From assembly GCA_964013405.1 (NCBI GenBank), contig CAXGWI010000061.1, positions 1 through 19,534 on the forward strand: 19,534 nt of DNA, read 5' to 3'. The notes under the pieces are model-generated. The model saw only the letters and a program-made list of their open reading frames with translations, searched no databases and had not been told where the DNA came from. The first letter of the stretch is position 1. Every line of letters begins with the position of its first letter. A program made the position numbers and the translations under genes. Source of the DNA: an uncultured Myxococcales bacterium. GTDB taxonomy: Bacteria; Myxococcota; UBA4151. Positions 8,828 to 16,722 of the stretch are shown piece after piece.

Positions 8828-8982
8828 TCCTTTTTTTCTTCATCGAACAGTTATCAAGGATCGTCACAGGCACCTTTGAACTGGAACCCTTATGTAGAGG
8901 CATTGGGCCTCACCGCAGAATGAGGCCACTTGTTCATCTACAAGGCTTGGGCCATCATCGTTGGCGTTCAAGGAGTTCAAAC

Positions 8983-9567
8983 ATGCACAAGTTTATCATT
9001 TTGGTGGCATCGACCAGTTTCTTTGGCTGCGGCATTATCAGCCAAGCAAGTAGCCAAGCTGTGTCCGGACTAAAGAATGCGGACCTGTCGGCCCGTAGTG
9101 ACGTCAAATACTCGAGTAAGGGGATCGGTGAGGGCGATGATCCAAAGGAATGGTCCCCTGAAGTGGCTGCCTTTCAAGCGAAGATCGAGCGTTTCCGAAA
9201 GCTCTATAAAGCGAAGAGGGACAAGTTCGGTCAAAAGTCAGGCGTGGTGCAGACGAAGTGCAAATATTACGGCTCCAACGGTCACCGAAACGGCATGTCC
9301 ATCATGATGGGAGGCGTTCTCCCTCAACTCTTCGCCAAGTGTAAGATCCGGGAGAATTATACGGAGGTCTTTACCTACTCTGAACGGACCACCGACCAAG
9401 GGAGTGCCGGACCGCAGACCAACGCATGGCGGGCGCAAAAGTATTTCGAAGGCAAGAACACCCCAGAGAACAAGTTTGCGGTCAAAGGAAATATGGCGAT
9501 CTGGTTCGATGTCCCGAACAAGCACACTGACGAAATTCGACAGATCTTTTTAGATTCCGACCTTTAA
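8983..9567 (+). CDS. Predicted lipoprotein, basic, unknown function
   Basis: Start revised to ATG 8983 after AAGGAG; MHKFIILVASTSFFGC signal peptide with lipobox-like Cys. Confidence 0.78.
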   Translation: MHKFIILVASTSFFGCGIISQASSQAVSGLKNADLSARSDVKYSSKGIGEGDDPKEWSPEVAAFQAKIERFRKLYKAKRDKFGQKSGVVQTKCKYYGSNGHRNGMSIMMGGVLPQLFAKCKIRENYTEVFTYSERTTDQGSAGPQTNAWRAQKYFEGKNTPENKFAVKGNMAIWFDVPNKHTDEIRQIFLDSDL

Positions 9568-9696
9568 GAAGCTCTGGCTTGCGCAACAGGTGTCAACCGA
9601 CTTTCGAGCGCGTCGTCTATCGTGCTCGGTCCGATGCACCCATCCTTGGCCTGAATCCGCATGTCGGCCAAACTTTATCCATTCATAGGGGACACG

Positions 9697-10320
9697 ATGC
9701 GCACGGGGCTTTGCTTTCTTCTATCTTTCGCCTTGAGCGCGTGTGCTGGCGATCCCGTCTGTGGGGATGGCGATCTCTGGCTCAATACCGAGGAATGTGA
9801 CGACGGCAACCAGCGAGACGGTGATGGTTGTGACGAGAACTGCCGCCTTGCCACTGGGGTGGAAAGTATCATTGGTTCCTGGCGATTCTCCGACGGCGAG
9901 GATATCCTGCTGGGACTCATCGATTTAGCCCTCATCGACGAGATCATCCAAGTCACCGACGGCGATGTCACGGGGACGATGAGGATCACCCGGGAGCGTT
10001 GGTCTGGTGCAGCCATCTCCCGTTGGGATGAGGCGGACAGGATCGTCATTGTTCAGGCCTCCCAAGGGCCGAACCCTGGGTCCTACGCAAAGATCGTCTA
10101 CACCGAGGTGGTGGATTATAGCTTCTATTTTTGTGTCGTCGCCAGCGGTAAGGAGACGGTCGAAGATGCGTTGATGGATCGTGTGGTTGCAAACGCCGAG
10201 AACCCCGGTGAGGAGGGCTGTGCCAACTTCGATGTCATCATTGCAGGAACTCCCTGGATGCATTTGACTCGTATTTTAGAGACTGAGGGCGAAGGTGATG
10301 GTTCGGCCGATGAGGAGTAA
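9697..10320 (+). CDS. Lipoprotein with one Myxococcus cysteine-rich (myxo_disulf/DUF4215-type) repeat
   Basis: Lipobox LSAC followed by VCGDGDLWLNTEECDDGNQRDGDGCDENCR; start revised to ATG 9697 after AGGGGA. Confidence 0.88.
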   Translation: MRTGLCFLLSFALSACAGDPVCGDGDLWLNTEECDDGNQRDGDGCDENCRLATGVESIIGSWRFSDGEDILLGLIDLALIDEIIQVTDGDVTGTMRITRERWSGAAISRWDEADRIVIVQASQGPNPGSYAKIVYTEVVDYSFYFCVVASGKETVEDALMDRVVANAENPGEEGCANFDVIIAGTPWMHLTRILETEGEGDGSADEE

Positions 10321-10400
10321 CCATTGCCGCCGCCCCTTCCGGAGGATGTGGTCGGCTCGGTGGTGCGTGGTCATTCAATTCGACTGGGAAGTCTGAGCGA

Positions 10401-10441
10401 CCAAACCTTCGCTCAGCCTAGTCATCCAGAGACCGGTAGGC
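10401..10441. repeat. Direct repeat copy 1 (41 bp; first 29 bp identical to 11672-11700)
   Basis: ccaaaccttcgctcagcctagtcatccag occurs at 10401 and 11672; the next 12 bp differ at 3 positions. Confidence 0.93.
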
Positions 10442-10488
10442 CAACTGGAGGCCTAGCCGGGTCAACGGCTCGGCTGACTTGGGAAAGC

Positions 10489-10878
10489 CTAGGATTTTGG
10501 CTTCAGGTCAATACCCTCCAGGCCTTTCACGAGATGATCGCTCACGACGGCACAGAGCCGGAGGTTTTCGAAGTCAGGATGTTTCATCATCTGATCAAAG
10601 GTGATGGGCGTGCTCGTCTTCGCTAACAACTTGGCCGCAGATGCTTTGGCGATGTTTGAGCAAAGCTGATTAAATCGACTGAGCGCACGCAAAATACGCT
10701 TATTATTTTTGAGCTTCGCTTCACGGGCCAGGAAGAACTGACTGGCACCAAGCCTTTGCTGGGCTGATTTGGCGTACATCTCGGGTCTGTGTCGATGGTC
10801 AAAACTTGGTGTGTTTCCCAAGTCTTGGGCTTGCGCTGAAAAAGCGAAGAACAAAACAACAACTACGATCGACTTCAT
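10489..10878 (-). CDS. Secreted hypothetical protein (129 aa)
   Basis: GAGGAG RBS; Sec signal MKSIVVVVLFFAFSAQA with AQA cleavage motif; two Cys. Confidence 0.8.
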   Translation of the reverse strand: MKSIVVVVLFFAFSAQAQDLGNTPSFDHRHRPEMYAKSAQQRLGASQFFLAREAKLKNNKRILRALSRFNQLCSNIAKASAAKLLAKTSTPITFDQMMKHPDFENLRLCAVVSDHLVKGLEGIDLKPKS

Positions 10879-10903
10879 GGGATCTCCTCAGAAGGATTTT
10901 ACC

Positions 10904-11650
10904 ATGATTGAAAACAGGGCTGCAGCGCAAAACCATCCCGAACCGTGGGCATTGACCGGTGGAGCAAGAGGCTTGCGCCTTTGGGATGCCCAAACGGGCG
11001 ATTCGCTAGCGACGCTTGAGGGGCATACGGACTGGGTTTATGGCGCTCTTGCGCTTGGAGATGATCGTCTTCTGTCGTGGTCATTGGACGGCACCTTGCG
11101 CCTTTGGGATGCCCAAACGGGCGATTCGCTAGCGACGCTTGAGGGGCATACGGCTGGAGTAGAGGGCGCTCTTAAGCTTGGAGATGGTCGTCTTCTGTCG
11201 TGGTCAAGGGACAACACCTTGCGCCTTTGGGACGCCCAGACTGGGGAAGGACTCGGCGTTTGGCCCAAAGACAAGATCGCTGAGCGGATCCTCGGCACCG
11301 ACCTCAAGACCCGTCAGTTTTTGTTGGGTTACATCCGAAGCGCTCAGGTCGCCGCCCGCTTTTCGTTCCAACATTTCTGGAATGTCGTGATGGAACGGCC
11401 GAGTCGGGCATATGCCCCGGATGCTGATTACGATTTATGGGTGGTAATTGGAGGACAAAAAATCACCATGTCTTATCCAATGAAACATCTAGAATGGCAT
11501 CAAAACGGCGATTGGTTCGTTTGTCATCTCACAGCCAGTGGTACGGTGGTCCAGTTCTGCGCCCGAGACCTCGCCTTCCTCCAACTCCACCACGGCAACC
11601 GCCGCGTCAGCCTCGCCGAAGCAGAAGCGACCTTAGCGGCAGCCGACTAA
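10904..11650 (+). CDS. WD40-repeat protein, probably the N-terminally truncated remnant of a longer gene
   Basis: About 2.4 41-aa repeats (LEGHT...LLSWS.D.TLRLWD). Homology begins abruptly mid-repeat at 10972. The track start at 10769 overlaps the divergent gene; ATG 10904 has AAGGA upstream. Confidence 0.8.
   Translation: MIENRAAAQNHPEPWALTGGARGLRLWDAQTGDSLATLEGHTDWVYGALALGDDRLLSWSLDGTLRLWDAQTGDSLATLEGHTAGVEGALKLGDGRLLSWSRDNTLRLWDAQTGEGLGVWPKDKIAERILGTDLKTRQFLLGYIRSAQVAARFSFQHFWNVVMERPSRAYAPDADYDLWVVIGGQKITMSYPMKHLEWHQNGDWFVCHLTASGTVVQFCARDLAFLQLHHGNRRVSLAEAEATLAAAD
10972..11245 (+). repeat. 123-bp coding tandem repeat (WD40 units)
   Basis: Units start at 10972, 11095 and 11218 (partial). 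Units 1 and 2 share 59 identical bases at the start and differ at 14 of 123 positions by my manual alignment. Confidence 0.95.
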
Positions 11651-11671
11651 GCGCAATCACCGGACCTCCGC

Positions 11672-11712
11672 CCAAACCTTCGCTCAGCCTAGTCATCCAG
11701 CGATCGGCAGGC
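11672..11712. repeat. Direct repeat copy 2, overlapping the stop codon of the 11689-12396 gene
   Basis: Matches 10401-10441 at an offset of 1271 bp. Confidence 0.93.
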
Positions 11713-12396
11713 GGTGACACTCCACATGGGCTGGGCCGACGAGTCTTCAATCACCTTGATACCCAGGCCCCCCTCAATCGCCACGTCGTTTTGGCTGAGG
11801 TAAGCCTGGTGCTGGGCTTCTTCCCAGTCTTCGATCCCCTCGACGGAGTAGAAGTAGGTCGCGCAGGCCAGCTCAAGGTCCATGTCGCCCGGGAACCAAT
11901 GCTCCACACGAAAGGGGCGCAGGTCATCCATCAGGCCGATCCTCGAGAGCACATCGATTTGGGGGTAGTAGGGATCTTCTCGGGCTGCGTCGGGATCGTG
12001 ATCACGCCGATCCGGCAGGGCAAAGGGTTGCTCGCGAAGCCAGCGCCCGGAAGGGCTGTCTTGGATGAGGAGCCAAGGGAGCGCCAGGCGAGGGTGTTCG
12101 TCCCCCTCGGCCGCGGGATCGATAAAGTCCATGCCGTCCCAGACCCCGCCCTCAAAAAGCCGTCCCTGTCCTTCGATATGATGCTTTTGAGCCAGCGCGA
12201 CCAACTCCTCGAACAAGGGCTCCAGATCGCCGCCGCTCATGGCGCAAAAAAGACCGATTCCCTCCATCCTTTGCCCACCGGCATAGCGGGTTTGAAGGGC
12301 CTCAAAAAAGCCCGGTTCAAGGGCCTCGAGAGCCCGTTGATTGATCACACAGTAGTAAAAGACAGCCTTGAGCCAGCCGTCCCGTTCCTCAGCCAT
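11689..12396 (-). CDS. Acidic hypothetical protein (235 aa)
   Basis: Strong GAGGAGG RBS before the ATG; protein-like composition; no recognised family. Confidence 0.8.
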   Translation of the reverse strand: MAEERDGWLKAVFYYCVINQRALEALEPGFFEALQTRYAGGQRMEGIGLFCAMSGGDLEPLFEELVALAQKHHIEGQGRLFEGGVWDGMDFIDPAAEGDEHPRLALPWLLIQDSPSGRWLREQPFALPDRRDHDPDAAREDPYYPQIDVLSRIGLMDDLRPFRVEHWFPGDMDLELACATYFYSVEGIEDWEEAQHQAYLSQNDVAIEGGLGIKVIEDSSAQPMWSVTACRSLDD

Positions 12397-12644
12397 AAGT
12401 CCTCCTCAAATCCTAGCTCCCAGCCTGCTCGCTGCGTTCGCCCTCTCCGCTCTTTATGGTGGCGGTTCAGTCGAAGGCAATTGCCCGCTCCCCAGCCGCC
12501 ATACCATCCCCACCGATTGATAGCGCAAGCCTAAGTTTGGGCCTGGTGAAGGCAGGTCGAAGCTCCCAATCCATAGTCCGGGCCTGCTGCGCTTGCCCCC
12601 TTGAAAAGGTGAGGCGCCTTGCGCCATGATCGGAGGAGAAAAAC

Positions 12645-12788
12645 ATGCTGTCCTCGATTATCCTTCCATCGCAAACCCCTGATCAGGTCGCAACCGGACA
12701 CGTCTACTTGGAATGGCTGGTCGAGGAAGGAGACGAAGTTGAAGAGGGGCAGCGTCTAGCCACCATCAGTTATGGGTATGACAGTTAA
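12645..12788 (+). pseudogene. Half biotin/lipoyl-attachment-like domain mini-ORF (47 aa)
   Basis: Below the ORF-track cutoff. GGAGGAG RBS; encodes ...LEWLVEEGDEVEEGQRLATI..., like the N-terminal half of lipoyl domains, then stops with no Lys. Confidence 0.6.
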
Positions 12789-12844
12789 GTCATGGTCAAG
12801 GGGCAACCGTTAACCTTACAATCTGAGTTCAGGAGCAGCAGCCC

Positions 12845-13384
12845 ATGAAGCCAGCCGTGACACGCAAACCAAAGGAAAACCGCCAGATGTCATGGGGGAG
12901 AATCCTATTCGACTTCTTTATTTCCTGCAGCCTATTGTACTGGTTTTATGTTGAGGAAACCTGGGGCTGGTTTGCAATTCTTTGCCTTGTTCTCGGTATC
13001 CCAGGCCTGCTTATCGGCTTCCGCAACGTCCTTATCCGATTATTCCCCGATGAAATGATGTCGGCCGTCGCAAGCGGTGAAATGGAGGAGCTCCAAGCCC
13101 ATTGGAAAGCGTTCAACGAGACGGTGGTAGTCCAGTATCAGAAGGATCCAGATAAGGACCCAACGCTTTACCGGGAGGAGTACAAGAAGTTGATCGATCG
13201 TCTGAATGAGTTTCAGACGACGATCGACACCTTGGCTGAGGAAGCCCCTGACGCTGAGAATCTAACGGAGATTTATCAGACGATTGAAAACTTGAGGAAG
13301 CGTCTGGCGAAGGTGAGTCCGCATGCCCTATTTGGCACCGATGCCCCTGCTGTGGAGGCAGCGAGTGAGGGAGATGGTTCATGA
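12845..13384 (+). CDS. Membrane protein, 2 TM segments plus helical C-terminal domain
   Basis: AGGAG upstream; two hydrophobic segments then charged helical sequence; alternative start at Met15. Confidence 0.8.
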   Translation: MKPAVTRKPKENRQMSWGRILFDFFISCSLLYWFYVEETWGWFAILCLVLGIPGLLIGFRNVLIRLFPDEMMSAVASGEMEELQAHWKAFNETVVVQYQKDPDKDPTLYREEYKKLIDRLNEFQTTIDTLAEEAPDAENLTEIYQTIENLRKRLAKVSPHALFGTDAPAVEAASEGDGS

Positions 13385-14019
13385 GCGATGATTTGGACCT
13401 AGAAGCTCTTGGATTGCGCAAGCTGGACCCGGCAGAAGGGCATGAAGCGCCACCGACCGACTTTGAGTTGGTCGACGATCTTTTCGATCGCCACCGCAAG
13501 GGAAAGAGGGAGGGGCTCGACAGCCCCTATGGTTGGGTCTCCTACCTACTCAACTGGGGGCTCGTCATCATGTGGGCCGTCGTTTATGTTTTTCATAGTG
13601 GCTGGTCTTGGTGGTTGCTTCTCTTCCTCTTAATTACGCTGCTAACCCTTCCGAAAGATGTGCTGATCCTTAACGGGGTGATCGATGATTACCACCGTGA
13701 TGCCATGAAGCAGGCTTACGAAGAGCTTCTTGAACTCATCGAGAAATACGGTTCTTTTCCTTACGCAGGGGGGACGCCTGAGTCTGAGGAGCTGGTCGAG
13801 GCCGTTCGTCAAATGAGGTTTGCCCACGCCAAGTTGGTCGATCGGCTCAACATGCTGGAAGCTCTGACCCTCAGGCAGGCAAAGTTCTACAATTTGAGAG
13901 CGATCGAAGAACGCCTAAAGATGATCCAGAACCTCCGCAAAACCATGCCCGAGAACCTCTGGTGTATGGGCTTCTTGATTGAAGTCGATAGAGTTGGAAC
14001 CCCTCTGCCGCAGGCCTGA
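13381..14019 (+). CDS. Membrane protein, 2 TM segments plus helical domain; likely paralogue of the upstream gene
   Basis: ATGA overlap and GGGAG RBS; shares KL(I/V)DRLN and I(E/Q)NLRK motifs with 12845-13384. Confidence 0.82.
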   Translation: MSDDLDLEALGLRKLDPAEGHEAPPTDFELVDDLFDRHRKGKREGLDSPYGWVSYLLNWGLVIMWAVVYVFHSGWSWWLLLFLLITLLTLPKDVLILNGVIDDYHRDAMKQAYEELLELIEKYGSFPYAGGTPESEELVEAVRQMRFAHAKLVDRLNMLEALTLRQAKFYNLRAIEERLKMIQNLRKTMPENLWCMGFLIEVDRVGTPLPQA

Positions 14020-14185
14020 CCCGCGCCGCTCGTCCATTCAAACTCCGTAAAAACGTAGCTGCAAAGGCGGGGAGGGCGTCTTGTTTTCCCTAGATCGAGG
14101 ACCGCCTATCTAGCCTTTTGAGGGCCACTAAACTATGTCGGACCTCGTTTCGCTGCCCGTTTGCGGGGGGATGAGGAGAACGTTG

Positions 14186-16615
14186 ATGGAAGTTGAAGAT
14201 CTTGGTGTGAGCGATATCCCCCTGTCTGGTATTGGCGGGGGAGAGGACAACCTGAACATCGGGCCTTACGCCGAGGGCCTGAGCCAGTTCGTTGTGAAAT
14301 CTCAAACACCGATGACCGTTGGCATTCAGGGAGAGTGGGGTTCTGGGAAGACGAGCCTCATGCGACTCGTGCGCCGCCGAATCGAGAACGACACCGATAA
14401 CAATCTCATCACCTTCTGGTTCGAGACTTGGCAGTATGGCGCGATGGGGGATGCGGAGACCCTCGGTCTGTTGCTGATGCGGGACCTTGCGGGGAAACTT
14501 CTGGTGGAGCTCAAGGAGCAGGAGCAACTCGCCTACAACATGACCGACCGGCTCAAGGGCTGGCTCGGACAGGCTTCGAAGGCCGTCGCCGCCAGTGCGA
14601 TTTCCGGATCGAGTTATGGGCTCCTCGATGGGCAACAACTGGTCCAGAACCTGGGCACAGAGCAGAATCGAGCGACGGAGGATATGCGGGAGCTGTTTCA
14701 GGTTCTCGTTTCCAAATCCTTGGAAGCGTCAGGTCAAGATCGGGTGGTTGTCTTCATCGACGACTTGGACCGCATCAAGCCGGCATTGGCTGTCCGCCTC
14801 CTCGAAGTGCTGAAGAACTTCATGGACGTACAGAACTGCGTTTTTGTTGTGGCCTGCGACTACGACGTGGTTCGAGAAGGCGTCAAAGCGCTCATGCGGA
14901 TCGACGACAAAGATAAGGTCGATGCCTTCTTTCATAAAATCTTCCAGGTGCCATTCCATATGCCCGTTGGCGCCTACAGTATCGACAGCATGTTCGAACA
15001 ATACGTGGTGGATAAGCTCATCACCGCGAACGGACTCGGTGCCTCAAAGGAAAACACGGTGAAGGCATTTTTGCGCGAGAGTTTCGGCAACGGCGAACAC
15101 GCCGGCACTTGGTTCCAGCAACTGACCGCCATGGTCGAGATCGCGATGGGGACGAACCCACGCAGTTTTAAGCGCTTCCTCAATGTCGTCGACCTCAATT
15201 GCTGTGTGGACGGATCGTTTGGTGCTGGGCGTACAGGGGCGGAGGATCAAGGGGGCTCGATCGCTGTCTGGGCCCTCCATAGCGAAGGGAAGAAACGCAA
15301 GCTGTTTCCCAATGACAGCCCTGATACCATCCGTTGGCTGCTGACCCTTTTTCCTGTGGTTGCTCTACAACTCCGTTGGCCAGAGGTCGCACCCTACCTT
15401 CTCGATGAGGCCAATGAGGACAGTGGCATTGAATTGGGTTCGATTCGCTTGACGAATTTTGAGCGTAAAGTCCGTACCGTCGTCAATGATTGGCCTGAGG
15501 CCGGTGAGGATGAAGAGCTCGGTGACTTCGACGACGAACATTTTCAGCAATTACTCAGAAATGAATACGAGACCGACGGGCGGGAGGACGAGTCGGGGGC
15601 ATCGGCCCGTTCCCTGCAGCAGTTCCGGCAATTGAGGGAGTTTCTCGACCTCTGGCAGACCTCCCTAAATAACACAGACAAACGGGACTATTTGACCACC
15701 GACGAGCTGGCACCCTTGTCCCGCTGGTCCGATCGCCTGGGGCGTATGGGCAGGTCGCGGGTTCAACCGGGCGCATTGAGTCTTCTTCAGGAGACCGCGA
15801 AGAAGGAAAATCCGGAAGCAGGGGACGGCTTCGCAGGACTCTGCTCCTTCATCGATCACGTGATCAAGCGGGATGAGCTGGGTAATCTCAAAGGCAGTGC
15901 CAATTCGAACGAGTATAAAATCAGTGCCCGTGTCGGCACCAAACCCACCTCGCTGATGCTTCTTCTCGTGCGCGGCAGTAAACTCACGATCAAGCTGCAC
16001 GCGACGCCCCGTAATTCGAAGTGGCGCCACCTCCCAGTTGCGGTCTTGGGTGAGCGTTTAGTGCAGCAATGGCAGGAAGAAGCAGGTCTTCTCACCGATG
16101 ACATGACGGGTCTGAGCACCAAGACGATCACGATTGATTACGGCGCATGGCATGGGCACGGCGATAAACGGACGCTGCGGTCGTTACTGAGGGACTTCCT
16201 CGGCAACGTCCACGTGACCCTCGATTCCGATGTCGGGCTGAGGGAGGTCACCCCCATCGCGGATTTGGTGCTGAGAAGTACCACCTTGAATGCTTCGGCA
16301 AAGCTCTACACCGATGCCAGTACCGAGGTCTTTGCGGGTTCGCAGGTGCAGAAAAGCCAGACCAAGTCACTGGGTCAAAACGCCATTCGCTTGCGTCAGG
16401 AGCTGTTGGAGCGAGGCGTCCTGGTGGACGAGAGCGAAACGACCTATCGCATGGTGCAGGACTATCGTTTTCCGAACACCTCGTTAGCCGCGGCCGTGGT
16501 CAAAGGGCAGCATGCCACGGGCAATGAAGCGTGGCAGACCGAGGAGGGCGCCTCACCCCAAGCCGTTTTGGAACGTTGGTCCCGTTCGTTGGTGCCCAGT
16601 TCATTCGAGATCTAA
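14186..16615 (+). CDS. KAP-family P-loop NTPase with C-terminal DUF4357-like domain
   Basis: Walker A GEWGSGKTS, Walker B VVFIDDLDR, KIFQVPFHMP and NPRSFKRFLN are KAP signatures. C-terminal GSQVQK...LRQELLERGVL...QDYRFPNTSLAAAVVKGQHATGNEAW fits DUF4357. Start revised to ATG 14186 after GAGGAG. Confidence 0.9.
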   Translation: MEVEDLGVSDIPLSGIGGGEDNLNIGPYAEGLSQFVVKSQTPMTVGIQGEWGSGKTSLMRLVRRRIENDTDNNLITFWFETWQYGAMGDAETLGLLLMRDLAGKLLVELKEQEQLAYNMTDRLKGWLGQASKAVAASAISGSSYGLLDGQQLVQNLGTEQNRATEDMRELFQVLVSKSLEASGQDRVVVFIDDLDRIKPALAVRLLEVLKNFMDVQNCVFVVACDYDVVREGVKALMRIDDKDKVDAFFHKIFQVPFHMPVGAYSIDSMFEQYVVDKLITANGLGASKENTVKAFLRESFGNGEHAGTWFQQLTAMVEIAMGTNPRSFKRFLNVVDLNCCVDGSFGAGRTGAEDQGGSIAVWALHSEGKKRKLFPNDSPDTIRWLLTLFPVVALQLRWPEVAPYLLDEANEDSGIELGSIRLTNFERKVRTVVNDWPEAGEDEELGDFDDEHFQQLLRNEYETDGREDESGASARSLQQFRQLREFLDLWQTSLNNTDKRDYLTTDELAPLSRWSDRLGRMGRSRVQPGALSLLQETAKKENPEAGDGFAGLCSFIDHVIKRDELGNLKGSANSNEYKISARVGTKPTSLMLLLVRGSKLTIKLHATPRNSKWRHLPVAVLGERLVQQWQEEAGLLTDDMTGLSTKTITIDYGAWHGHGDKRTLRSLLRDFLGNVHVTLDSDVGLREVTPIADLVLRSTTLNASAKLYTDASTEVFAGSQVQKSQTKSLGQNAIRLRQELLERGVLVDESETTYRMVQDYRFPNTSLAAAVVKGQHATGNEAWQTEEGASPQAVLERWSRSLVPSSFEI

Positions 16616-16626
16616 AACGCAGTTGG

Positions 16627-16644
16627 CTCGACCGGCGAGTCGAG
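16627..16644. terminator. Short hairpin between the convergent KAP and HEPN genes
   Basis: ctcgac-cggcga-gtcgag, a 6-bp perfect stem just after the KAP stop; no U-tract. Confidence 0.3.
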
Positions 16645-16722
16645 AGGCGACGCTGGGGTTGAACAAACGGAACCGGAGAGCACCGCCCACCACTGGGACG
16701 AGAAACAGCTCCTCGCCAGGGG

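Noticed and set aside
10972..11217. Diversity-generating retroelement TR/VR pair
   Set aside because: Mismatches are not confined to adenines of either copy, the copies are tandem coding units, and no reverse transcriptase is present.
10969..12532. 10-bp inverted repeat (aggcttgcgc/gcgcaagcct) as mobile-element ends
   Set aside because: Too short to exceed chance in 19.5 kb of GC-rich DNA; no transposase or target-site duplication seen.
11437..12534. 365-aa plus-strand ORF
   Set aside because: Antisense shadow of 11689-12396, which has a strong RBS; Pro/Arg-rich ends; overlaps the WD40 gene.
14090..14638. 182-aa minus-strand ORF
   Set aside because: Antisense to the KAP NTPase Walker A region; no motifs.
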